A program made the position numbers and the translations under genes. The notes under the pieces are model-generated. The model had not been told where the DNA came from and searched no databases. It saw only the letters and a list, made by a program, of their open reading frames with translations. A stretch of DNA of 64,000 nucleotides from a virus: IMG/VR virus record IMGVR_UViG_3300013126_000010, positions 64,001 to 128,000 of that record. The stretch is one strand, 5' to 3'. Every line of letters begins with the position of its first letter. Position 1 is the stretch's first letter. Below are positions 37,941-47,718 of the stretch, one piece after another.

Positions 37941-38332
37941 TGTAATTTCTCTATATCGTCATTTAACGAAGAAGATACAAGTCGTTTTTTGGACGGAGTT
38001 GGTGCAGGTTCAGGTTCAGATACTTCTTCTACGTTAACTTCTTCGGGTGCTGATATATTCTTAGGTTTAAAACCTACTTTTGTAGACGTTGCCATAGTTG
38101 ATCCAATATTGAATAAACCAGCAACAGTAGTTATACCAGTTGCTAATCCAATAAGTTGTTCCGGGGTTAATTGCATATTACAAATACCACAGTCAAACAT
38201 ATTTAATACAGCAACCAATCCAGATAGTAAAACCATTATTGTATTAGCATTAATGGTTTTTTGTTTCCAGAATTCAGGATTTGCAACAGATTTTCCTGCT
38301 TGGAAAATCTCCATCATTTGTGAAATTTTCAT
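37937..38332 (-). CDS. two-TMD membrane protein (holin-like candidate)
   Basis: Two hydrophobic helices and a charged C-terminal tail. Confidence 0.55.
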   Translation of the reverse strand: MKISQMMEIFQAGKSVANPEFWKQKTINANTIMVLLSGLVAVLNMFDCGICNMQLTPEQLIGLATGITTVAGLFNIGSTMATSTKVGFKPKNISAPEEVNVEEVSEPEPAPTPSKKRLVSSSLNDDIEKLQ

Positions 38333-38598
38333 TATTCTATACCTTTTAGCTCAACTACTGCAATTTCTATTGCCAAGTTAACTAAACGATTTGCATAAGA
38401 AATTTCTTTTACTGCAAGTTCAGCTAAAATAATACCGATAGCTGCGGTGCGTTTTGCGTCAGATGTCAACAGTGATGGATCTGATTCAATCTGTCTGATT
38501 GCATCTCTGGCAACTGGTATAATAATATCCAATTGTTCTTGTACTGCTTTTTTAAAAAACTTTGAAAAAAAGTTTTTTAGTGCGTCGAATAGTTTCAT
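38332..38598 (-). CDS. hypothetical late protein (LL-H holin-like C-terminus)
   Basis: ATAAATA at 38622-38628 and AGGAG RBS; KRTAA...LAIEIAV. Confidence 0.55.
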   Translation of the reverse strand: MKLFDALKNFFSKFFKKAVQEQLDIIIPVARDAIRQIESDPSLLTSDAKRTAAIGIILAELAVKEISYANRLVNLAIEIAVVELKGIE

Positions 38599-38627
38599 GA
38601 TTTTCTCCTAATTAGTATGACTATTTA

Positions 38628-38789
38628 TCATTCTAATGGATGTTCTGGCCTATTTGAGCAGTACTCACAATTTTCATCGTCACATTTATGTTCTAACCAA
38701 ATATTACATAGCGCACAAAAATATGCATCATATTTTTGATCATACATTTGTGGTTGTTTGCAATGTGGACAAATATCGATTTGTATCAT
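38628..38789 (-). CDS. 53-aa Cys-rich zinc-binding protein (not in the ORF track)
   Basis: Manual translation MIQIDICPHC...CALC...C...CEYC; ATGA overlap with the upstream gene. Confidence 0.6.
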   Translation of the reverse strand: MIQIDICPHCKQPQMYDQKYDAYFCALCNIWLEHKCDDENCEYCSNRPEHPLE

Positions 38790-39607
38790 GTCCACATTGA
38801 TTGACGAACTTTTATCAATCTTATCATCATTTTTTCATCTTCATCATCATATTCCTTTTCTATATGATGTAAAACATCTAATAATTTTGATGTCTTCTTT
38901 TGCTCTTCTGGTGTTTTATCGTTAAAATATGAAAATAAATTATCTTCATTGGATCGTCGTGAATCACAATAAGCAGACCATCCACTAATATCATATGGGT
39001 CTGGTCTATTTGGTCTAATATTTTTCCACCATTCATACAATTCTAATTGTTCTTTTGCTGCAATAGCTTGTAATGTTGGTGTTCCATAATCCTGATCTAA
39101 CCAATGGGTGTATTCTTCATTGGTTAATGTCATTTCCCATTTTAAATAATCGACTCCAGCTTCAGGGCATCTCCACTCTCTAAACCATCTTAACAACCAA
39201 TATTTGCGGAATGTGGGTACAGCATATTTTTTCTGTGCATCTTTACTCCACATACAGTAATGCCATGCTTTTTCCACTTCAACGAAGTTTACCAATTCAT
39301 CAAACAAACAGTTTAAGATTCTAGTATCAAAATCGTACCATTGTCCTTTTTTTAAATTAGACGTTAACGCATGGGTTTTTGTAGTGAATCTATTATTCAA
39401 ATAATATCTGACATCATTAATTTTACCAGGGATATAATTAACAAACTTTTGCACATCATCAAAAAATTCTTCAACTAACCAATATCGAAACGGGAAATCA
39501 TCTTTTGCTGTTTTATGCCAATCATCCCATCCTTCCCATGTTTCACTATATGGTTTTGTTGTTCCGCGAATTTTGTCTGCAAGTTTGCTACAACTCCAGT
39601 AGTTCAT
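38786..39607 (-). CDS. hypothetical protein
   Basis: 273-aa Trp-rich ORF. Confidence 0.8.
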   Translation of the reverse strand: MNYWSCSKLADKIRGTTKPYSETWEGWDDWHKTAKDDFPFRYWLVEEFFDDVQKFVNYIPGKINDVRYYLNNRFTTKTHALTSNLKKGQWYDFDTRILNCLFDELVNFVEVEKAWHYCMWSKDAQKKYAVPTFRKYWLLRWFREWRCPEAGVDYLKWEMTLTNEEYTHWLDQDYGTPTLQAIAAKEQLELYEWWKNIRPNRPDPYDISGWSAYCDSRRSNEDNLFSYFNDKTPEEQKKTSKLLDVLHHIEKEYDDEDEKMMIRLIKVRQSMWT

Positions 39608-39608
39608 G

Positions 39609-39809
39609 TTACCTCTGATATTTAATTAATGGTTGTTGATCTTCTTTTAGTGGCCAACTGTATGTTCTATAACAATCAACACACCCTTTCATAAACTGTG
39701 TTCTAAATAGGAGCATTGATGTTTTGCAAAATGGGCATTTATCATTATTAAACAATATCAATTGTTCGATTGTTAATGATGAATTATTTGTCATGCCTAA
39801 ATCCAGCAA
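39609..39809 (-). CDS. small zinc-ribbon protein
   Basis: CPFC...CVDC. Confidence 0.6.
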   Translation of the reverse strand: MLDLGMTNNSSLTIEQLILFNNDKCPFCKTSMLLFRTQFMKGCVDCYRTYSWPLKEDQQPLIKYQR

Positions 39810-41082
39810 ATCTTGGAAAACGCAATGAGTAAGTTAAATCTTGATTCTGTGTAATAGCATCTGCCATAATTTCTACTGTTTTTCCAATAATATCACGTTT
39901 ATTTATCCAATATTCACCTCGTTGTTCATCTGAAAATCCAGAACCACAACTAACATCAATTAATCGTCCATCATCTATTCCATTACACGAGAATGCCCCC
40001 ATCATCCCTTCATATTTACCAGTACCCTCTACTACATCAAATACAACAAGATCAACTGATATAACAGGTTTTTTCTTTAGCCATGCCACTGAACGTTTTA
40101 ATTCATACGGAGCATCGGGATCTTTTAACATTATTCCTTCAAATCCACCAGCAATTGCAGTTTCATTAAGTTGTTTGAATCGTATGTTACCTTCTGCAGT
40201 GTCTAAATCAACCAACTCTTGATTAACAACTTGTATATAATTAGCAAGAGCCAAAAATATGTTTCTGCCATACCAATTATGCAATTTTTCAAGACGTTCG
40301 TATTGTGGTATTTCACATTTACCACGTTGAAAATCAACAAGTGGGATCATGTCAAACAAATACAATACTGAATCATTTGTAACAACATTATCTTTTCGAT
40401 AAAGTTGTTTCATTAATGCTTGAAAATTAGAACCCATTATCTCACCATCAAAAACATACGGTTGATCTAAATGAATGGACATTTGACCAAGCTGGTTTCG
40501 AATTTGTGGGAAGTTTATAAATTCTTTTCCATTTCTACTATATTGACACACATGGCCATTTGGATACACTATCGAAACAATACGAACACCATCATATTTT
40601 ATATCTATTAGTTTTTTACCCTTTACTTTTGATTCATGTTTTGCAGAATCATGTGCCAATTGTACAGAAAATACTGGTACGTGATATTGATTAAACTGTT
40701 TATCAACAACGTTATTGACTGTTTTTTCATTTACGCCACATTTTAGATTTTTATCTAATATTCGACGATACCAGAAATTCCATTCATCTGCAATAGACAA
40801 TTCCATCATTGTTTGGATTGCATCCCTTGCTGCATGACCAGTAAGGTCTCGATCACGTAATTGTATAAGCAATCCTTCGAAATCATCCCAGGTGATACCA
40901 GGACCATCAATTTTGGCAACTGGTAATTGTTTCACTCCAAAAGTAGTTAATGCATCAAGACAGTATTTTAATCCATTAAAAAACTCATCATTTTGTGACT
41001 GTGCTGCATCCAAGATAACACTTTCTTTGAATAATCTACTGTTATCGGTTTCTAATTGTTGGATGATTTCGAATGGTTTCAT
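39784..41082 (-). CDS. lig: ATP-dependent DNA ligase
   Basis: KYDGVR motif I, VFDGEI, EGIMLK, WLKKK, SLRFPRF. Confidence 0.95.
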   Translation of the reverse strand: MKPFEIIQQLETDNSRLFKESVILDAAQSQNDEFFNGLKYCLDALTTFGVKQLPVAKIDGPGITWDDFEGLLIQLRDRDLTGHAARDAIQTMMELSIADEWNFWYRRILDKNLKCGVNEKTVNNVVDKQFNQYHVPVFSVQLAHDSAKHESKVKGKKLIDIKYDGVRIVSIVYPNGHVCQYSRNGKEFINFPQIRNQLGQMSIHLDQPYVFDGEIMGSNFQALMKQLYRKDNVVTNDSVLYLFDMIPLVDFQRGKCEIPQYERLEKLHNWYGRNIFLALANYIQVVNQELVDLDTAEGNIRFKQLNETAIAGGFEGIMLKDPDAPYELKRSVAWLKKKPVISVDLVVFDVVEGTGKYEGMMGAFSCNGIDDGRLIDVSCGSGFSDEQRGEYWINKRDIIGKTVEIMADAITQNQDLTYSLRFPRFAGFRHDK

Positions 41083-41083
41083 G

Positions 41084-42154
41084 TTATTTACAGTTTAAGA
41101 GTTGGTGGTAAACAATTGTAGCTCCTATTTGTACTTTTGCCAAACATGATTGATATGGGTCGAACATAAATGGTGCCATTTTCCAGTTCATATCAGTATC
41201 AATTACCAAATCATGACTATCATCCCACACAGAGGCCACATTGTAGTTATTGATAAAATATGTTTCATCGGTACTTTCATCTAATACCAATTTACCACCA
41301 ATAATCACCATATTGTTTTTTACAATGGCTGGATTAAAAACCACTTTATTAATAGGATCTGTTGTGTCATACACGTAAATATTAAGAACAATTGGTTTTT
41401 TAGATACTAATTTTTTTGAAGTATCTGGTTCTTTTGCTTTTAATGTCACAGTGTGCCACAAATTTGCTTGTTCAACGGTTGGGGTCCAAATTATATCAAT
41501 AGTTGGAATTCCAGTGTGTTCAGATGTGTAAATATCAGATAATGTCGCACCAATTGGTAAAATACCATCTAGCGTAATCACATCTTCTTGCTTATCATAA
41601 ACTTGGATTGATATTTTAGATTCAACTCCAGCTTTAATATTCCAAACACTTTCTGTTGAAAAGATAACTGGGGCACTGTTTGGTAGTTTTGCATTGGTTT
41701 TATGCACAACTGGCTTAGGTGTCGCAGTAGGTTTAGGAGTAGAAGTTGGTGTAGGTGTTGGTGGTGTGGTTGGTAATGGTGTACTTGTTGGTAATGGTGT
41801 ACTGGTTGGAACCGGGGTACTTGTTGATGGCGTAGTTGGTTTGGGTGTAGATGTAGGTTGGGCAGTTGGTGTTGCAGTAACGGTCGGTTTTGTCGTGGCA
41901 GTTGGGTTGGGAGTTGCTGTTGCGACTGGTGCTGTACAAACAAATGAACCATTGTATGCTCCTCCCATTGTTGGGTATTTTGCTAAACAAAATGCAGCAA
42001 TACCGTTTTTACCAGTAGTCTTTAAACTACCAGATGGGTAACCAGCGTGGCATGCAGCACAGTTGGATGTACCATTTGCAGTGGCTATAGCCGGAGTCGC
42101 ATAGGCATCTACTCATACAATAGATGCCATTAACAATACAATATATTTAATCAT
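41084..42154 (-). pseudogene. secreted CxxCH / Pro-Thr linker / Ig-like protein interrupted by an in-frame TGA at codon 14 (pseudogene or recoded gene)
   Basis: MIKYIVLLMASIV*VDAYATPAIATANGTSNCAACH continues in frame into the 41084-41968 ORF; AAAGGT RBS. Confidence 0.7.
41716..41935. repeat. Pro/Thr low-complexity coding repeat
   Basis: TATP/TSTP repeats. Confidence 0.8.
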
Positions 42155-42269
42155 GATAGTACCTTTAAGTTATTAGAAATACACGGTGTTTATCACCGGC
42201 TATGTTTATTATATCAGATGTTGGTGCGGAAATAATTGATTAAGTTAACAATTTTAATCAATTATCAAG

Positions 42270-42878
42270 TTATGGACGTTTTTCTATCACTTTATCCGCT
42301 AACCCGAATGAGACAGCATCGTCTGCACTCATGAAAAAATCTCGTTGCATTGCATTTTTAAAATCATCATATGATTTTCCAGCAGAATTATGTTTAACAT
42401 ACAACTCTGTCAACCGTTCATTCAACCGCTCAGATTCTTCGAACTGTATTTTCATATCGTGGATAGTACCACGGGTGCCAGCAGATACACTGTGAATCAT
42501 TGTTCTGGTATCTGGAAGAATAAATCGTTTACTGGGTGCACCAGCTTGTGCAAGGAATGAACCCATTGAGCACACTTGACCCATTGCATAAGTTGCAACA
42601 TCTGGTTTGATAAACTCCATTGTATTATAGATGGACAATCCTGCAGTAACTGATCCACCAGGAGAATTAATAAAAATGCTTATGTCAGAGGTTGGATCTT
42701 CTGATTCTAAGAATAATAGTTGTGCAACAATGACATGTGACATTTCATCATGGATTTCGCCATTGATAAAAATCACTCTATCACGCAACATTCTGCTAAA
42801 AATATCGAAGCTACGTTCACCACGCGATGATTGTTCAACAACAACCGGGATTAAATTACTCATTATTATATTCACCAT
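42270..42878 (-). CDS. clpP: ClpP protease subunit
   Basis: [24 protein letters not shown] (Ser), MIH (His), RDFFMSA (Asp). Confidence 0.97.
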   Translation of the reverse strand: MVNIIMSNLIPVVVEQSSRGERSFDIFSRMLRDRVIFINGEIHDEMSHVIVAQLLFLESEDPTSDISIFINSPGGSVTAGLSIYNTMEFIKPDVATYAMGQVCSMGSFLAQAGAPSKRFILPDTRTMIHSVSAGTRGTIHDMKIQFEESERLNERLTELYVKHNSAGKSYDDFKNAMQRDFFMSADDAVSFGLADKVIEKRP

Positions 42879-43000
42879 TTACTAAGGGGGTTTCAGAAAA
42901 ATCTTTAATTGTGTTAGTCATTATAACATGATCTATAATGTTTGGCAATATAAAAACACTTAATAAAATGACAACAGTCCAAAATAAATAATTATTCATG

Positions 43001-43852
43001 TTAAATCTCAATAGTCAAAAATTCATCCCATCCAGTATATTCTGTATATCTTTCAGAAATATAACCACGAGGATTACAGATTATATTAGTTTGTCCTATC
43101 ATATAATTTTTATAATTATGCATGTGCCCATGCGTCCACACCTTTATTTGTGGATTATCCAATATCATCTCTTCTAAATTAGTGGCATATGCACCATTCA
43201 TTTCTTTTTCATGCGCGAAACGTTCATCTACACTTTGAAAACTAGGAGCATGATGAGTACAAATAATAACATTATCATTTGTAGAATATGCTAATTCTTT
43301 CTTTAAGTAATCTAATGATTTTTGATGACGCTTGATTGTGTCAATCGGTAATACTTTTCTATACCCAGCATGATCATTTTTAATAACTTTATAATCTGAC
43401 ATACAATCTTTGACGATGTATTCTGTCAATTGATTGTAATTATTTAAATCAGTCCATAATGTACAACCAATGAATTTAATATCATCGATGGTTATCGTTT
43501 CATTTTCTAAGTAATGAATATTTCCATAGTTTGCACATTCATTTCTTAAATCATCAATTGATTCATGAAATTTAGAATGATAGAATTCATGATTTCCGGC
43601 AACATAAACCACATGTTTAAATAATTTACTGGCTGTTTCCAAGAATCTTCTAAAACGTATTGCTAGTTGTTGTGTGGGACCATATTCATTCTCGTCGTCC
43701 CAAACAGGCAATGAACCATATGGATAATCATGAAATGCATGCGCCAACATGATATCACCAGATAATATTAATATATCTGCATCAGATGGATTAGTAATAG
43801 TATAATCATACCATTCAGTATGTAAATCCGATAAAATTCTAATTCGATTCAT
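43001..43852 (-). CDS. calcineurin-like metallophosphoesterase
   Basis: SDLH, GD, GNHE, THHAP, HGHMH. Confidence 0.9.
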   Translation of the reverse strand: MNRIRILSDLHTEWYDYTITNPSDADILILSGDIMLAHAFHDYPYGSLPVWDDENEYGPTQQLAIRFRRFLETASKLFKHVVYVAGNHEFYHSKFHESIDDLRNECANYGNIHYLENETITIDDIKFIGCTLWTDLNNYNQLTEYIVKDCMSDYKVIKNDHAGYRKVLPIDTIKRHQKSLDYLKKELAYSTNDNVIICTHHAPSFQSVDERFAHEKEMNGAYATNLEEMILDNPQIKVWTHGHMHNYKNYMIGQTNIICNPRGYISERYTEYTGWDEFLTIEI

Positions 43853-44510
43853 CGTTAATCTTATATCCTTTAATTGCAGTCAGCCTAGTGGCATTTTTAT
43901 CTGCATAATAACAATAGTCTGTATTTTTTATAATAGCAGTAGTTATGCTATACATTCCCAATGATAACTCATATGGACTGTACCAAGAAACCAATTTGTA
44001 ATCAATTATACCAGTAACATTATACCCATTATAATGTTTTGTTTTGATTGTATGGATAATTTCACATAGTACATTTGATATCATTTCACCTGGATTACCC
44101 AGAATACTATCTTCTACGAATTTTGCCTTACGCTTTATAATTTTAGATGACTTATATTTTACATAAAAATCCGGTAATTTTGCTAATTTTCGGAGATTGG
44201 TTAATGATACTCGCTCAGTATCCAATAATCTAAAAATTGACAGCAAATAACTTTGGGAATAACTTAATTCATCCTTATTGAATTCAAGTGATTCTAGATT
44301 TCTATATTTACGAATGAAATCAATCATTTCATCAGCCAACGTAATATCTTGATCAGTTACTGTGCAGATTGGTGCATCAGCGTGAACTCTATACAATGTA
44401 TTTTCAGCTAACCTGAATACAACATCTGGATCATCTTTATGTGAACTATATCCACCTGATTCACGAAATGCAGCACAGCACACTCGAAGTTCATTTGTCA
44501 ACTTATTCAT
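43839..44510 (-). CDS. hypothetical protein (likely start MNKLTNE)
   Basis: ORF downstream of a sigma70 promoter. Confidence 0.7.
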   Translation of the reverse strand: MNKLTNELRVCCAAFRESGGYSSHKDDPDVVFRLAENTLYRVHADAPICTVTDQDITLADEMIDFIRKYRNLESLEFNKDELSYSQSYLLSIFRLLDTERVSLTNLRKLAKLPDFYVKYKSSKIIKRKAKFVEDSILGNPGEMISNVLCEIIHTIKTKHYNGYNVTGIIDYKLVSWYSPYELSLGMYSITTAIIKNTDYCYYADKNATRLTAIKGYKINDESN

Positions 44511-44541
44511 AATATCGGTATTTGTGTAATGATAAATATAG

Positions 44542-44571
44542 GTAGATCGCGGAATAGCCGTTCCCATCTAC
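44542..44571 (+). promoter_or_regulatory. structured leader upstream of Seg-type endonuclease 1
   Basis: GTAGAT-CGC-GGAA tagccg TTCC-C-ATCTAC, preceded by ATAAATA. Confidence 0.6.
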
Positions 44572-44586
44572 TCTTAACATACTTTT

Positions 44587-44615
44587 ATTATATCATAAGG
44601 ATACAACTATGTCAA
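44587..44615 (-). promoter_or_regulatory. sigma70-type promoter
   Basis: TTGACA-17-TATAAT with extended -10 TG. Confidence 0.8.
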
Positions 44616-45502
44616 GCATTAATATTTATACATCATCACAATTTGATAACTTTAAGCCAACATGGCTTTACATAAAACAACATAACAAAACTGGTTTGAA
44701 ATATTTTGGTAAAACAATATTAGATCCTATTAATTACAACGGTTCTGGTAAACACTGGAAGCGTCATTTAAAAAAGCATGGAGCTGATATAGTAACATCA
44801 TGGTGTAAATTATTTACTGATATCGATGAATTAGTTAACTATGCCATAAATTTTTCAATAGAAAATCGTATCGTGGAATCACCTGATTGGGCAAATTTAA
44901 TAATAGAAAATGGTTTGGATGGTGGTGGGTCTCCATCTATTGAAACTAGAAAAAAGATTTCAAATTCTCTTATTGGGTATGGCAAGGGTATGGCAAAAGG
45001 GCCATTTACAGTGTCACATTTAAATAATATGTCATTATGTAGAAAAGGGATATCAACCGGTCCATGCTCACCAGAAACTAAGAAAAAAATTGCAGCAGCA
45101 AATAAAATGCCAACCGCAGAATTTATAACAAAATCAATGGGCATCCATGGTAATAAGTATAATTATGATAAAGTTGCACACATCAATCACCATACCCCTG
45201 TTATTCTTATATGTCCAAAACACGGAGAATGGTACCAAACCCCAATGGATCATTTGGCTGGATGTGGCTGCCCAGCGTGTGGTAATATTAAAAAAGGTAT
45301 TTCAAAATCAAAAACTGCATTTTTAAAGTTTTCTACACAAGCTAGTCACAAATTTAATAATAAATTTATATACGACATTAAAAATTATAATGGAGCCAGA
45401 CATCCAATGATTATTATTTGTCCAATTCATGGTGCGTTTGAACAAATCCCATATGTACATCTGAGATCAAGATGTGGATGTAATTACTGTTTAACATTAT
45501 AA
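44609..45502 (+). mobile_element. Seg-like (GIY-YIG-related) homing endonuclease with C-terminal CPxHG zinc repeats
   Basis: WLYIKQHNKTGLKYFGKT...YNGSG; CPKHG and CPIHG repeats; antisense to its neighbours. Confidence 0.75.
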
Positions 45503-45715
45503 ACGGAATGATATCCTCCCACGTGCTAAATCATAAGGTGACATTTCTATTCTCACTGTATCACCCAGTACGATCTTAATCTTATGTTGTTTAAGTCGTC
45601 CACTTAGATAACATAGAACCATGTGGTCATTTGTTTCTAATTTTACTTTGAATGTTGAATTTGGTAATACATCAATCACCGAACCAACTACCTCAATCAC
45701 ATCACTCTTTGCCAT
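45497..45715 (-). CDS. infA: translation initiation factor IF-1
   Basis: MAKSDVIEVVG...LPNSTFKVKL...SGRL...GDTVRIEMSPYDLARGRI. Confidence 0.95.
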   Translation of the reverse strand: MAKSDVIEVVGSVIDVLPNSTFKVKLETNDHMVLCYLSGRLKQHKIKIVLGDTVRIEMSPYDLARGRISFRL

Positions 45716-45890
45716 TTTGTTTTTTAATATAAAGTTTATCATTATCGACAGTCAAAATCACAGTATCACCTGGATTCAAACCAATTTTACCACACACATC
45801 TTCTGGAATCGTCATTAATGCCGAACCATCTGGAAGATCAGTGAATATTTCATCATATGTATAAGTCGTTATCATCATATGGAACCACAA
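45702..45890 (-). CDS. AbrB/MazE-like DNA-binding protein
   Basis: MTIPEDVCGKIGLNPGDTV. Confidence 0.7.
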   Translation of the reverse strand: MWFHMMITTYTYDEIFTDLPDGSALMTIPEDVCGKIGLNPGDTVILTVDNDKLYIKKQNGKE

Positions 45891-46251
45891 TCCATCCTAA
45901 TTTACGCAGATCTTCTCTTACTTCATCTGATACTGCACTTTCTGGAAGATGCATTCGTATTATACCATCATCTTCTATAGGTGTCAACTCTGCTGTACCA
46001 ATTCCTGAACAATAATAGTCCATGTAATCACCTTCACCACGTATATTTGCCATTATACCACCAGCATATCGCCATGAACATGACCACATTTCATCAGAAA
46101 GTATGCACCAATTATCAATTTTTTGAAATTGATTGTTACATAGTGCTGCATATAAGTTTTGAGCATACATTTCAGAGCTTTGTATCTTTTTTTTCATCCA
46201 CTCAACCTCTGATAAATCAACTTCTAAATCATATTTTCTATTAATAGCCAT
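45853..46251 (-). CDS. hypothetical protein
   Basis: 132-aa ORF. Confidence 0.75.
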   Translation of the reverse strand: MAINRKYDLEVDLSEVEWMKKKIQSSEMYAQNLYAALCNNQFQKIDNWCILSDEMWSCSWRYAGGIMANIRGEGDYMDYYCSGIGTAELTPIEDDGIIRMHLPESAVSDEVREDLRKLGWIVVPYDDNDLYI

Positions 46252-46291
46252 TAAAAAATCCTAAATACATTTTTACTTATTTATTTACACC

Positions 46292-46903
46292 ATGTCTAAA
46301 CTATTTTTACCAAATGTTACATTACTAATCGTCGATTGTTTAGAATATGATAGAGCAAAATTAGCATTTGACCATTGTTGCGCCAATATTAAGTTTGGTG
46401 ATGCCAAAATTTTAACAAGTTTGGACATTGATTCACCAGAAATAATCAAAATCGATCCAATAACCACTATAGAACAGTATTCTGACTTCATGATATATGA
46501 ATTATACAAATATTGCAACACTGAGAAGATGTTAATAGCACAATGGGATGGATTCGTTAGAAATATGGCAATGTGGGATGATAACTTCCTATTATATGAC
46601 TATATAGGAGCACCATGGCCATCTAATCTTCTATATAATGGAGTTCCATCAACATTTACGGTTGGAAATGGTGGTTTTTCATTAAGAAGTAGAAAATTAA
46701 TGGAGTTCATGGCGACTGATAACAGATTAACCTATCATTACTTGGAAGATGTCATGATATGCCAATTAAATCGGGCATATTTAGAAATGAATGGTTTTGT
46801 ATTTGCTCCATTTGAGTTAGCATACAATTTTAGTTGGGAATGTGGGGAAGAACATGATTCATTTGGTGTTCACCAGCGTATGAGATTATATCGCCCTAGT
46901 TAG
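46292..46903 (+). CDS. DUF5672-like glycosyltransferase-related protein
   Basis: QWDG, YDYIGAPW, VGNGGFSLRS, EDV, FGVH. Confidence 0.7.
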   Translation: MSKLFLPNVTLLIVDCLEYDRAKLAFDHCCANIKFGDAKILTSLDIDSPEIIKIDPITTIEQYSDFMIYELYKYCNTEKMLIAQWDGFVRNMAMWDDNFLLYDYIGAPWPSNLLYNGVPSTFTVGNGGFSLRSRKLMEFMATDNRLTYHYLEDVMICQLNRAYLEMNGFVFAPFELAYNFSWECGEEHDSFGVHQRMRLYRPS

Positions 46904-47075
46904 AATTATATTTTAAATGTATTTTTTGCTCGTGCTGATATACATACATACGGGTTCATTCGTAGCACCGCATATTCCTTATGAAATCTGGTGATGGACA
47001 CTTTGACTAACTTATTTTTATAACTTACCAAAACCTCATCACCAACTTCCAATTTAGAACCTAATTTATCAGTAA

Positions 47076-47363
47076 TCATAATTTCAACAAATACATTGTA
47101 ACTAATTTTTGATCAAGAACAACAATATCATAAGGATATCGTAATAATGTTTCAGAACTTCTATATCGTTTATCACCTGTTCTTAACTTTCGAATCTTTA
47201 CCATTTTTGGAGTCATTTTTTCAACAGTCCCCACTTTAATAGTATTACCATCGGCATATCCAACTGGTGATCCTTCAACAATTGGATTACCTAACAAATC
47301 GTTATATTCTATATCATCATTCATAACGTTTAAGAAATATTCGTAGAATCTCAAATTTATCAA
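47076..47363 (-). CDS. hypothetical protein
   Basis: 95-aa ORF. Confidence 0.6.
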   Translation of the reverse strand: MINLRFYEYFLNVMNDDIEYNDLLGNPIVEGSPVGYADGNTIKVGTVEKMTPKMVKIRKLRTGDKRYRSSETLLRYPYDIVVLDQKLVTMYLLKL

Positions 47364-47718
47364 ATCCTTTTAGATTTGATTTTATATGTGGTGCTAATTT
47401 TTTTTGATAATATGAAACTACACCGGACCCTGCAATTGAATACCAACTATCATCCTTTATTTTATCAAAAAACCCACTTTCTAAATATACCCTAAACTTG
47501 TGATTACATATCGCTGCTGTTTCTGTAGCGATTGGGGATTTAAACATCATATATCCAGCTACACTAAATGCAGCATTATATAACATGAATATCCCATTCC
47601 AATATACACACCAATCATCAATTTCATTATTGAAAAATACGATAGGCTTAGGATCTATTAAACTCCATTGATAATATTTTTCAAAATTCATAATCAGATA
47701 CTTCAGTGTTAAAATCAA
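47317..47718 (-). CDS. hypothetical protein
   Basis: 133-aa ORF. Confidence 0.6.
   Translation of the reverse strand: MILTLKYLIMNFEKYYQWSLIDPKPIVFFNNEIDDWCVYWNGIFMLYNAAFSVAGYMMFKSPIATETAAICNHKFRVYLESGFFDKIKDDSWYSIAGSGVVSYYQKKLAPHIKSNLKGFDKFEILRIFLKRYE

Noticed and set aside
42113-42115. Genome-wide stop-codon reassignment
   Set aside because: TGA and TAG end ordinary coupled genes here (for example ATGA overlaps at 38786 and TAG at 1296), and long genes are intact in code 11
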